A DNA stretch of 64,000 nucleotides from Bacillota bacterium (GTDB lineage: Bacteria; Bacillota; Clostridia; Christensenellales; UBA1242). Of the stretch, positions 1-8,747 are shown piece by piece. The notes beneath the pieces were generated by a model. That model did no database searches and was not told the origin of the DNA. It worked only from the letters and a program-made list of their open reading frames with translations. Location of the stretch: assembly GCA_009780065.1 (NCBI GenBank), contig WRAS01000002.1:73916-137915 (forward strand), in the 5' to 3' direction. A program made the translations under genes and the position numbers. The first letter of the stretch is position 1, and each line of letters starts with the position of its first letter.

Positions 1-114
1 CGACCATATCGTACTTGCCCCAGCAATAACGTACAATGTCCCACGTGCGATTGCCGGAATCAATGTCGCGACATGCTGAAAAAATGTCACAATTGGACCG
101 TAACGTGCAATCAT
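1..114 (-). CDS. partial CDS (first 38 codons; continues past the left edge), hydrophobic membrane protein
   Basis: ATG at 114-112 (minus) opens MIARYGPIVTFFQHVATLIPAIARGTLYVIAGASTIWS with no stop before position 1. Too short inside the window to appear in the ORF track. Confidence 0.3.
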   Translation of the reverse strand, partial: MIARYGPIVTFFQHVATLIPAIARGTLYVIAGASTIWS

Positions 115-221
115 ATTGCCAATAAAACTTGTCACAACGTTGTCCCCCACAAAAAAAATATACTCTTTTTGTAAAAACGGACGCTCGATGCGTCCGTTTA
201 AAACATCATTTAACAGCAAGA

Positions 222-554
222 TTAAATAGGAGAAACAGGAGCAACAGGTCCACCAATAATCACAGCCATAACTACGTTAAATACCGCCAACAATCCCAAA
301 ATAATCACAACACCGATTAACGCATATACAAGTTGCTGTTTCGCTTCTTTTCTTTTACCATCATCTTGAGCTGTTGCAAGCCGTACCCCAAGATAAATTG
401 CAAACAATGCACCAAGACCAGCAAGCACAAATAAAATAGGGTTCGCTATGTTACGAATTTGTATAGCAAGTTGCGCACCCATTGCTCCAGGACTAGGCGG
501 GGTAGTGTTTATCGCCATCAACCTCCCAAACCAAGCTAGTAAATTCCCCATCAT
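222..554 (-). CDS. small two-TM membrane protein with VirB2/TrbC-pilin-like topology
   Basis: An AAAGGAGG RBS lies 10 nt upstream of the ATG at 554. Product MMGNLLAWFG... has two hydrophobic helices separated by a charged loop (ATAQDDGKRKEAKQQ). The longer ORF start at 653 has no RBS. Confidence 0.5.
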   Translation of the reverse strand: MMGNLLAWFGRLMAINTTPPSPGAMGAQLAIQIRNIANPILFVLAGLGALFAIYLGVRLATAQDDGKRKEAKQQLVYALIGVVIILGLLAVFNVVMAVIIGGPVAPVSPI

Positions 555-678
555 TTTATATATTCCTCCTTTGTGTTTATAATTTGCATTTGTAAACTGA
601 TTTATGCAAATGTTCTGTAATAGAAATTTACTATATATTAAATTAACTGTCAAACGATTTTACGGGTTTTTTTGTTAT

Positions 679-1365
679 TTAAAATGTTCCAATTAAAATC
701 AAAATAACCAGATGCAAAGGGTAAAAGATATAAAATGACCATCGTTCAATCTTTGATATTTTCAGTTTTTTGTCAATAAATATCAACAGAAAAACAGACG
801 ATAGCATTGAATACCATTGGATACTTTCAAAGCCACGCACTATCATCAATATATTGAAAATTGCAATAATGGCCACAACGGATAATTTCCAATATAACTT
901 ATCCCACAAAACTAAATAGAACATTATTATCAGCAGAACACCAGATAAACCATAATCAAAACGAAATACATCAGCAATTAAAAGCAAGCACAAAATACCA
1001 ACAGTACAACAGGTCATAATTAGGGGCGCGGCAGTCTTTTTGCTGTGTTCAACAATTATTTTTATTAAGATAATTGATAAAACACCTGCCGACAAGGTAA
1101 AAAATACGTTAAGCCATTGCCAACGAATCTCCCATAATGCAAGCGATATTAAAAGTTGCGATACCAATGCAAAAACAAATAATCTTACAAAAAAATTCCT
1201 TGCATTGCGTGTCTTGGTACAGCCATATGCAACAAGAAAACAAAATATTGGAAAAGCGATTCTGCCTATTATTCTTAACCATATTGTGTCTGGAAATAAA
1301 TAATATCCTATATGATCAACCAACATAGAAAGCACTGCAATAATCTTAATTGTCCGCGAATTCAC
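679..1365 (-). CDS. TraX family integral membrane protein
   Basis: The N-terminus IKIIAVLSMLVDHIGYYLF and the polytopic hydrophobic profile are typical of the TraX family. Confidence 0.75.
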   Translation of the reverse strand: MNSRTIKIIAVLSMLVDHIGYYLFPDTIWLRIIGRIAFPIFCFLVAYGCTKTRNARNFFVRLFVFALVSQLLISLALWEIRWQWLNVFFTLSAGVLSIILIKIIVEHSKKTAAPLIMTCCTVGILCLLLIADVFRFDYGLSGVLLIIMFYLVLWDKLYWKLSVVAIIAIFNILMIVRGFESIQWYSMLSSVFLLIFIDKKLKISKIERWSFYIFYPLHLVILILIGTF

Positions 1366-1410
1366 ATTCTATTATATAACAAAATACTTCGCAAGTCAGT
1401 TTAAAATATT

Positions 1411-2097
1411 CTACCTCCCCACCCTTGCAACTACCACCACATCCACATATTTTACACCTGCCCTTTTCAGAACACGCGCGCATTCGTTAACCGTAGATCC
1501 ACTGGTAAACACATCATCCACCAATAATATCTTTTTCCCTTTTATCAATTCTCTGTTAACAACCTCAAACGCATCCTTTTGATTTTCGCGGCGTTGTTCG
1601 GTTGTCATGTCTTCTTGCGGGATGGTGTTTTTAGTCTTCACCAAAAATTGTGCTTCAACCACTACCTCAATAAATTTAGATAACTCTCGCGCCAGTAACT
1701 CTGCCTGGTTATAGCCACGTTGACGCGCACGATTTTTTGCCAGTGGTACCGGAATCATCATATCATATTCAATGTTCTCACCCGCAAAACACTTTGCCAA
1801 TAATGGTGCAAAAGCCTCTGCCACCACACCATCACACGCATATTTCAGGTTCATAATCGCATTAGACAAGGGCTCTTTATAAAAAAATGGCGCGTATGAA
1901 TAACGAAAGTACCATTTCTCGGTATCCCCAGATTTCGCATCCGCATTTACTTTTACCGATGCTGGCATACAAAATTGCGAAAAACAATCATCACAAATAT
2001 GCGAATTTCTCGAAACATTAATTTCGTCCCCACACGCAACACATGTAAAATTCGGGAATAAATAGTCGAATATCTTTGGCAAGTTTATTTTCATCAA
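1411..2097 (-). CDS. comFC: ComF family protein (N-terminal Cys zinc finger plus phosphoribosyltransferase domain)
   Basis: CVACGDE...CDDC zinc-finger motif and PRTase motif ILLVDDVFTSGSTVNE. Confidence 0.8.
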   Translation of the reverse strand: MMKINLPKIFDYLFPNFTCVACGDEINVSRNSHICDDCFSQFCMPASVKVNADAKSGDTEKWYFRYSYAPFFYKEPLSNAIMNLKYACDGVVAEAFAPLLAKCFAGENIEYDMMIPVPLAKNRARQRGYNQAELLARELSKFIEVVVEAQFLVKTKNTIPQEDMTTEQRRENQKDAFEVVNRELIKGKKILLVDDVFTSGSTVNECARVLKRAGVKYVDVVVVARVGR

Positions 2098-2132
2098 ATA
2101 ATAATATCATTAAATTTTATATAGCGCATTAC

Positions 2133-2159
2133 AAAAAAAGCAGGTCTTCCCCGCTTTTT
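2133..2159 (-). terminator. intrinsic terminator downstream of tsf
   Basis: AGCGGG/CCTGCT hairpin (one G-U pair) flanked by an A-run and a T-run, so it is potentially bidirectional. Confidence 0.45.
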
Positions 2160-2170
2160 CGTTTTTCAAA

Positions 2171-2902
2171 TTACTTTTTCTTTGCTACTGGTTTTTTTGC
2201 TGGTGCCTTTGTCGCCGCTTTTGTTTTTGCAACTGTTGGCTTGTCGGCTGGCTTTGGTGTTACGCCTGTTTGTTTTGCAACTTCTGCGGCGAAATCCTGT
2301 TCTTTCTTTTCCAATCCCTCGCCCATTTCAAATCTTACGAAACGACGGATAGTAATTTTCTCGCCAATGCGCGCCACGACGTCGCTGACAACCTCTTTGA
2401 TTGTTTTTGCCGGGTCTTTCACGAATTCCTGGTGTACAAGACAAATGTCTTTGTAGTATTTCTTCACACGGCCTTCCACCATTTTTTCTACAACAGCAAC
2501 TGGCTTACCTTCGTTAAGTGCCTGTTTTTTCAAGATTTCTTTCTCGGCTTCTAGTTCGCCTGTTGGAACCTGGGTTTCGTCCAAGTATTTTGGGTTTGCA
2601 GCCGCAATGTGCATTGCAATATTTTTTCCAAGTTCTTGAAACTGCTCGCTTTTGGCTGCGAAATCGGTTTCACAGTTAATTTCCACCATAACACCAATCT
2701 TCCCACCCATATGGTTGTACGAGAACACAACACCTTCGCTGTTGATTCGGTCACTGCCCTCTTTTTTTGCTGCCATGGCTTTTCCTTTTTCACGAAGAAG
2801 CGCAACCGCCTTGTCAAAATCACCCTTAGTTTCTTCTAGCGCAGCTTTACAGTCCATTAATCCCGCACCAGTCGTTGTTTTTAACTTCATAATGTCGCTC
2901 AT
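2171..2902 (-). CDS. tsf: translation elongation factor Ts (short form with a Lys/Ala/Pro-rich C-terminal tail)
   Basis: MSDIMKLKTTTGAGLMDCKAALEETKGDFDKAVALLREKG is the canonical EF-Ts UBA-like N-terminus. The gene lies immediately downstream of rpsB. Confidence 0.95.
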   Translation of the reverse strand: MSDIMKLKTTTGAGLMDCKAALEETKGDFDKAVALLREKGKAMAAKKEGSDRINSEGVVFSYNHMGGKIGVMVEINCETDFAAKSEQFQELGKNIAMHIAAANPKYLDETQVPTGELEAEKEILKKQALNEGKPVAVVEKMVEGRVKKYYKDICLVHQEFVKDPAKTIKEVVSDVVARIGEKITIRRFVRFEMGEGLEKKEQDFAAEVAKQTGVTPKPADKPTVAKTKAATKAPAKKPVAKKK

Positions 2903-2906
2903 AAGA

Positions 2907-3785
2907 TTAAGCCTCCTTCTTTGCTTTGGTTTTCTTTTCTCCTGTCACTTCGGCTTCTGTTTCCTCGGTTTGTGCCTTTTTTGCCTTTTTGATTGGTTCC
3001 TTCTTATCTTCTTCCTCGACCTTTTCTACATCCATGATTGATTTTGCAGAAATTGCGTCGCTCATACTTACACTCTCGCCTGTATTACGTGTTCTTAATT
3101 CAACACCCTCGCGTGCCTCGATAACAGCATCCGCAAGCGCAGTTAAAATAAGCGAAACAGAACGAATCGCATCATCGTTTGCAGGGATAATCACATCAAC
3201 ATCATCCGGGTCACAGTTTGTGTCAATAATACCCACAACAGGGATTCCCAATTTACGTGCCTCTTTAATTGCAATGTGTTCTTTTTTGCTGTCAACGACC
3301 ACCATTATGCCTGGAAGACTGGTCATTTCGGCAATACCGCGAAGGTATCTTTCCAACTTGTCGCGCTCGTCCATTAATTTTATAACTTCTTTCTTTGGAA
3401 GGTACGCAAACTCGCCCACCTTTTCCATTTGGTAAAGTTTATTCATACGCTCGACACGGCTGCGAATGGTTTCAAAGTTTGTTAACGTTCCACCCAACCA
3501 ACGACTGTTAACGTAGTACATACCGCAACGTGTGGCCTCTGTCTTTGTTGCCTCCTCGGCTTGTTTCTTTGTCCCAACGAACAATACACGTTTCCCACTT
3601 GCAACTTGGTTTCTAAGGAATTCATACGCCTTGTCAATCAGAACAGTTGTCTTTTCCAAGTTCAGGATGTGGACATTCTGTCTTGCCGTAAAGATGTACG
3701 GCTTCATTTTTGGGTTCCATTTTTGTGTTTGATGTCCAAAGTGAACCCCGGCTTCAAGTAACTGCTTCATCGAAATCACGCTCAT
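2907..3785 (-). CDS. rpsB: 30S ribosomal protein S2
   Basis: [27 protein letters not shown] is the canonical S2 N-terminus. A GGAGG RBS lies upstream. Confidence 0.95.
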   Translation of the reverse strand: MSVISMKQLLEAGVHFGHQTQKWNPKMKPYIFTARQNVHILNLEKTTVLIDKAYEFLRNQVASGKRVLFVGTKKQAEEATKTEATRCGMYYVNSRWLGGTLTNFETIRSRVERMNKLYQMEKVGEFAYLPKKEVIKLMDERDKLERYLRGIAEMTSLPGIMVVVDSKKEHIAIKEARKLGIPVVGIIDTNCDPDDVDVIIPANDDAIRSVSLILTALADAVIEAREGVELRTRNTGESVSMSDAISAKSIMDVEKVEEEDKKEPIKKAKKAQTEETEAEVTGEKKTKAKKEA

Positions 3786-4079
3786 TTCTAAAATACCTCC
3801 TTGTTTTTTGATTACTTATGCGTTTAAAGTAACCGGGGAATCATTTTGACAAGTACCCATTGAATATTACGAGCAGATTTTTTAGGCAAATTTTTGATGG
3901 CATTTGAGGGCGCATATCTAGATATGTAACCGAAAATGACACAAAATTTGACCAAAAAGATGCCGTAAGATTCGTGCGGGACTTGCAAAATGATTCCCTA
4001 ACACCCTTTCTCGCTTTGTAACTCTCCCGTCCCACCAATTGGCACAAGGCGGGAAATTGCAAAAAAGTGATAATCACAA

Positions 4080-4108
4080 ATTGTACCATAGTATCTATTT
4101 CATTGCAA
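4080..4108 (-). promoter_or_regulatory. candidate sigma-70 promoter of the rpsB-tsf operon, implying a ~290 nt leader
   Basis: On the minus strand: TTGCAA (4108-4103), 17 nt spacer, TACAAT (4085-4080). Confidence 0.4.
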
Positions 4109-4130
4109 TAGAAAAAATTAGACCTTCAAG

Positions 4131-4742
4131 TTATTGTTCTCGACCTTCTTCTCTCGCTAATTTTGCCATATGGGATGTTGCACATGTTACGTGAACGCCA
4201 CGGTGATATGCCAATTTTGCTACGGTAGCTATATCTTGTCCACTAATTTCCTTCACGCCATCCGCGATCTGAGGTCTAAGCCAGTAATAAAGTTGCATGT
4301 CACTCACACCACCCTGTTCTGTTGCCTTTGGGCTAAACATTACGTCGGTAAATTCAACCGGATTAATTCTGTTTTGTATAACCGCATCCATGATCGCAGC
4401 CTCTGTCACCACCATTTCACCATCCGGATGTATTTGTGAAACATCTACCCCGTCCTCTTGAATGATCCTATATGTATCCTCTGCCTCCATAAAAATACTG
4501 GTTAATTCATCACTCATTCCATACATTGATGAACCCAAAAACCTTGACATCTTCTTATTATGTTCCTCAGGCTCACTCGAAAAAAGTTCCATCTCACTTG
4601 GCATTTTTGAACTTTCCATAAGATTTGGGTTATAATCAGGAAACTCTGCTGCATGCAACCGTTCAGACATATTATTGATAATATTTTTTAGATGATGGAT
4701 CTCACCTTTAACATTTTTTTCACGATCACCATAAAAAGCCAT
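4131..4742 (-). CDS. hypothetical protein
   Basis: Long ORF. A GGAGA RBS lies about 10 nt upstream of the ATG at 4742 (MAFYGDREKN...). No recognisable motif. Confidence 0.55.
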   Translation of the reverse strand: MAFYGDREKNVKGEIHHLKNIINNMSERLHAAEFPDYNPNLMESSKMPSEMELFSSEPEEHNKKMSRFLGSSMYGMSDELTSIFMEAEDTYRIIQEDGVDVSQIHPDGEMVVTEAAIMDAVIQNRINPVEFTDVMFSPKATEQGGVSDMQLYYWLRPQIADGVKEISGQDIATVAKLAYHRGVHVTCATSHMAKLAREEGREQ

Positions 4743-4815
4743 ATAGTTTTTTCTCCAATATAAAATTCGTTGCACCATTTTAACACAACGAACTCTTATA
4801 AATCAATACCAAAAA

Positions 4816-5121
4816 CTATTCCATAGAATTATAAATTTCCAAAATTTTCATTGCCAGTTCTTCATCCTCGACCTGGATCATGCTGTCCTCGTCCTCGGTG
4901 GAAATTTTGAATACCACTGCGCTGTCTTCGTCTTCTTCTAATGGTCTCAGCAATGCATATAATGCCTTCTCGTACGGAATCACTGCAATCTGCTCCAGTT
5001 CAATTTGGTCACCACTTTCATCGAACAAAAAAATGTTCTCGTCATTTTTTTCATCTAACAAAATAGATAACAAAGAAACGTCATCTTCGGCTTCGAATTT
5101 TACCTCTTTATTCTTGGACAT
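4816..5121 (-). CDS. DUF1292 family protein
   Basis: Acidic ~100 aa protein. The pattern LFDESGDQIELEQIAVIPYEKALYALLRPLEEDEDSAVVFKI is typical of DUF1292. Confidence 0.75.
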   Translation of the reverse strand: MSKNKEVKFEAEDDVSLLSILLDEKNDENIFLFDESGDQIELEQIAVIPYEKALYALLRPLEEDEDSAVVFKISTEDEDSMIQVEDEELAMKILEIYNSME

Positions 5122-5139
5122 ATATACCCCCTTATTTAA

Positions 5140-5352
5140 CTACACCCTGTCCGTTAGAATCGCATCAACCGGACAAACCCCTTCCAAACATTTTTTACAG
5201 TACGTACATTTCACAGGACACACAACATATTTATCGCCAGCATCGCTAATACTTATAGCATCGTCTGGACAAATCGCCTCACACGCTCCACATGCAATAC
5301 ATTCACTGGTTATCTTTGCAACCTCTTTCCCTTTTGATTCTGGCTTTGACAT
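5140..5352 (-). CDS. 4Fe-4S ferredoxin
   Basis: Two cluster motifs: [12 protein letters not shown] and [13 protein letters not shown]. Confidence 0.85.
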   Translation of the reverse strand: MSKPESKGKEVAKITSECIACGACEAICPDDAISISDAGDKYVVCPVKCTYCKKCLEGVCPVDAILTDRV

Positions 5353-5356
5353 AAAT

Positions 5357-5785
5357 TTAAAACCCCTTTTTCAATTTGTCTAGATAAACTTGTAATACCA
5401 TAGATGCCGCCATCTTGTCTACCAGTTCCCTTATCTTTTCATGTCTCGTTATACCCAGATTATTTCTAATATGTTCCTCAGCCTCTTTGGATGAGTATCT
5501 TTCATTAAAATAAACGACCTCCAGTCCACTTATTTCCGCCAATTTTTCACCAAATTCACGCGTTATGCGTGACATAGTGGTTTCCATACCATCTATACCT
5601 AGTGCTATGCCACACATAATACCCTGTATATTGTGGTTTTGAATAATCTCTGTAACAGCCTGTATATTTTTTTTCTCGCCTTTATTCTGTATGGTTACAA
5701 GCGGACTGGCAATCGTACGTGACAAATCACTGGTAGCCAGCCCTATCCTCTTAAGTCCATAATCAATCCCCAACACTTTTCCCAC
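5357..5785 (-). CDS. ruvX: Holliday junction resolvase-like protein RuvX/YqgF
   Basis: [18 protein letters not shown]-terminus and ~140 aa length. Starts with GTG. Confidence 0.9.
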   Translation of the reverse strand: MGKVLGIDYGLKRIGLATSDLSRTIASPLVTIQNKGEKKNIQAVTEIIQNHNIQGIMCGIALGIDGMETTMSRITREFGEKLAEISGLEVVYFNERYSSKEAEEHIRNNLGITRHEKIRELVDKMAASMVLQVYLDKLKKGF

Positions 5786-5880
5786 CCCGTCTATCCTCCC
5801 TTTAGAAAAATAATTAGTTCAATAATACCATTAAACACCCTTCCTTACAAAGAGAAATAGTTAAAGCAAGATAAAAATTT

Positions 5881-6034
5881 AAAAGCACTTTTCGCAGCCA
5901 AATCGGTGCGGAATTTCTTTCAATAAAAAAGCCATTTATTCCACGCGTGTCCCTTTTGATTCGGTTGCACACATGGAAAAACGGCAAATTAATAAAAAGA
6001 AATTCACGGTTTCTTGGCAAGCAAAGTGCTTTTC
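5881..6034. ncRNA. candidate structured RNA (rod-like long hairpin, 6S-RNA-like architecture); strand undetermined
   Basis: AAAAGCACTTT (5881-5891) pairs perfectly with AAAGTGCTTTT (6024-6034). GAATTTCTTT (5911-5920) pairs with AAAGAAATTC (5996-6005), and CCAA (5898-5901) with TTGG (6014-6017). About 75 nt of interior sequence remains. It lies in a 274 bp gap between ruvX and the topoisomerase gene. Confidence 0.25.
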
Positions 6035-6059
6035 AATTTTGACTTAACTCAAGAAGAAA

Positions 6060-8708
6060 CTAATTATTTTTCTTTCTTCTATGTATCCATGCAGATTGGA
6101 CTTTTAATATCTTGCCCGCCATTAATTTGTATTTTGCTGGCCTTGGTGTTGGTGTAATCTTTGCAACCGGGATTGACTCTATTGCACCGCCTTCGATTTG
6201 AACAACAAGATCCTCCGCCCCGTTAACCCAACTTGCGTAGACAATATTCTCACCCTTATCCAATGTTCCGAAAATCAAACCTTTTCTGTATCTAACCATT
6301 TTTTCAATATCGCTCATTGCAACACGCTTTACATTACCTTTGGTTGTAACCGCCACAATAAATCCATGTGGTTTTGCAACACAACTGCAAACACAGAAAT
6401 CCCCATCATTCAGGTTAATTCCCTTTACCCCACCCGCAATACGTCCCTGAACTGGAACATCCGCGGTCGTTGCATTAAGAACCATACCACCACTGGTAAC
6501 AAATAATAATGTATTTCCCGTTTTGTATTCATCCACACGAACAATTTCGTCATCGTCACGCATTAATTTTGCACATTGAAAGTTCGATTTCAAAATACCA
6601 CATGATTCCAGCCATGTACTGCGCTTTATCATTCCGTGTTTAGACAACCACACGAGTTCAGGCGACAGGTCTCCTACCACGCCTTCACTGCCTGGCAATT
6701 GCTCTGGTGTTATAGCGTACATTGCTACTGCACGCTCACCCTCTACCGAACCCTTGAAAAGTTGCCCCAAAGAAATTCCCTTGTCACGCAATTTGCATTC
6801 AGGGATATCACCGACTTCGACTTTGTAACAATTTCCAACCTGGGTAAAGATATAAAGCAATTTGTCTGTCTGAGTTTGGATAATCGCAACATTAACATCC
6901 GCAGGCGATGTTCCCTTGAAGTCGGTTTGTGACATGCCAAAGTGTTTACTGGACATTCTCTTGAACGTTCCAATTGCGGTAAGTGCCAACACCGCATCCT
7001 CGACTGGCCTCTTGTCGTCATCTGCCGTAATAACCGCTTCTTCGATACTGTTAATAATACGACTTCGCCTTTCGATTCTGTGCTTCTTTTTAATTTCCAA
7101 CAATTCTTTTTTAACCTCGGCATATTGAAGACGCTTGGATGCAATTATCTTTTCCAATTTTTCAATCAGTTTTTTCAGTTCTTCTAATTCTTGCTCCAAC
7201 TTATAAACCTCTAGACTTGTCAATCTTGCAAGACGTAGATCCAATATCGCTTGGGCTTGTTTTTCGCTTAAATCAAATGCTTCGCGAAGCCTGGTTCTGG
7301 CTTCGGTTGTATGTTTACTGGTTTTTATTATTCGTACGACCTCGTCAATGTTTTTAATGGCAACCAAAAGCCCTTCCAAGATATGAGCACGATCTTTCGC
7401 GGCATTCAAATCAAATACGCATCGTTTATAGATTATTTCACGCTGGTACTCGCAATAGTATTGTATCAATTGCATTAAACCCATCAATCTTGGCTTTCCA
7501 TTCGCGATTGCAACCATATTAATGTTAAAGTTACATTGCAAATTGGTATATTTATACAACACTGTCGCAATTTCTTTTGGGTCAAACCCATTCTTAATCT
7601 TGATAACTACACGCATTCCTTTTCTATCAGATTCGTCACGAATCTCGGAAATACCTTGCAAAACACCCTTTTTTTGTTCACGTAAATCGGCGATGTTTTT
7701 TTGTAATGTTACTTTGTTAACCTGGTAAGGTAATTCGGTGATTATTATATTACGTCTATCACCCGGTTCTATTTCAATATGAACTTTGGCGCGCATGATA
7801 ACCTTACCCTTACCTTCTTTATAGGCACGTAGCAAATCCTCGCCTGTAATTACAAAACCACCAGTTGGAAAGTCAGGACCTTTGATAATTTTCATAACTT
7901 GACTTAATGTTATACGCGGGTTTTCAATGTATGCAATATGCGCGTCAATAACCTCGCCAAGGTTATGCGGTGGAATATTCGTGGCAAGACCCACCGCAAT
8001 ACCGGTTGCACCGTTTGTCAACAGGTTCGGATAGCGCCCCGGCAATATATCAGGCTCCACATTTCGGTCATCAAATGTAAGCGAAAATGGAACAGTCTCT
8101 TTATCAATATCGCGAAGCAATTCCAACGCAAGCGGACTGAGTTTAGCCTCGGTATATCGCATAGCCGCAGCCGGGTCACCATCCTCGGAACCAAAGTTAC
8201 CTTGACCCAACACAAGCGGCATATTCATGTTAAACGGTTGTGCCAACCGTACCATTGCATCATACACACTACTGTCACCATGTGGGTGATATTTCCCCAA
8301 ACATTCCCCGACAATACCCGCACTTTTTCTAAATGGTCGATCTGGCAACAATCCCATATCATGCATCGCGAACAATATTCTACGTTGAACAGGCTTTAAA
8401 CCATCTTCCACACGCGGCAGCGCACGATCCATAATAACAAACTCGGAATATGGAATCATACTCTCGTGCATCACCTGCCCCAGGGTCTTCAGTATAAGTG
8501 TACTTCCATCCTCGCTGGTTATCTCTTCTGCTTTTGCATTTTCATATACTGCGCGTTTGCGCTCTTTGGCTGTACCGTAGCCCTTGTACTGCTCTTTTTG
8601 TTCGGCGGCTTCCTTGTCCGCTGCCAAATCCTTTGCCGAAATTTTCACTATTTCGTCAATATTGGTTATGATGTGGTCTTCGCCATCTCTTTTTTCTTCG
8701 TCACTCAT
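6060..8708 (-). CDS. type IIA topoisomerase subunit A (GyrA/ParC family; ParC-like because no GyrA box was seen)
   Basis: Motifs [14 protein letters not shown] and [20 protein letters not shown]. The CTD position that holds QRRGGKG in GyrA reads [10 protein letters not shown]. There is a ~75 aa acidic/Lys-rich N-terminal extension. Confidence 0.9.
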   Translation of the reverse strand: MSDEEKRDGEDHIITNIDEIVKISAKDLAADKEAAEQKEQYKGYGTAKERKRAVYENAKAEEITSEDGSTLILKTLGQVMHESMIPYSEFVIMDRALPRVEDGLKPVQRRILFAMHDMGLLPDRPFRKSAGIVGECLGKYHPHGDSSVYDAMVRLAQPFNMNMPLVLGQGNFGSEDGDPAAAMRYTEAKLSPLALELLRDIDKETVPFSLTFDDRNVEPDILPGRYPNLLTNGATGIAVGLATNIPPHNLGEVIDAHIAYIENPRITLSQVMKIIKGPDFPTGGFVITGEDLLRAYKEGKGKVIMRAKVHIEIEPGDRRNIIITELPYQVNKVTLQKNIADLREQKKGVLQGISEIRDESDRKGMRVVIKIKNGFDPKEIATVLYKYTNLQCNFNINMVAIANGKPRLMGLMQLIQYYCEYQREIIYKRCVFDLNAAKDRAHILEGLLVAIKNIDEVVRIIKTSKHTTEARTRLREAFDLSEKQAQAILDLRLARLTSLEVYKLEQELEELKKLIEKLEKIIASKRLQYAEVKKELLEIKKKHRIERRSRIINSIEEAVITADDDKRPVEDAVLALTAIGTFKRMSSKHFGMSQTDFKGTSPADVNVAIIQTQTDKLLYIFTQVGNCYKVEVGDIPECKLRDKGISLGQLFKGSVEGERAVAMYAITPEQLPGSEGVVGDLSPELVWLSKHGMIKRSTWLESCGILKSNFQCAKLMRDDDEIVRVDEYKTGNTLLFVTSGGMVLNATTADVPVQGRIAGGVKGINLNDGDFCVCSCVAKPHGFIVAVTTKGNVKRVAMSDIEKMVRYRKGLIFGTLDKGENIVYASWVNGAEDLVVQIEGGAIESIPVAKITPTPRPAKYKLMAGKILKVQSAWIHRRKKNN

Positions 8709-8747
8709 TCTTCGTCCCTCGTCCTCCTGTGTTCATCGTTCAAGTTA

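Noticed and set aside
2076-3761. Numerous plus-strand ORFs (60-170 aa) overlapping tsf and rpsB
   Set aside because: They are antisense shadows of two unmistakable, highly conserved minus-strand genes. They are compositionally biased (Ser/Phe-rich) and lack RBSs.
3841-4089. 82 aa minus-strand ORF in the rpsB upstream gap
   Set aside because: It has no RBS and an odd composition, and it lies inside the putative rpsB leader. Treated as non-coding.
5814-6020. 68 aa minus-strand ORF between ruvX and the topoisomerase gene
   Set aside because: It overlaps the long-range base-paired element, has no RBS and reads as an implausible sequence. Interpreted as a structured non-coding region.
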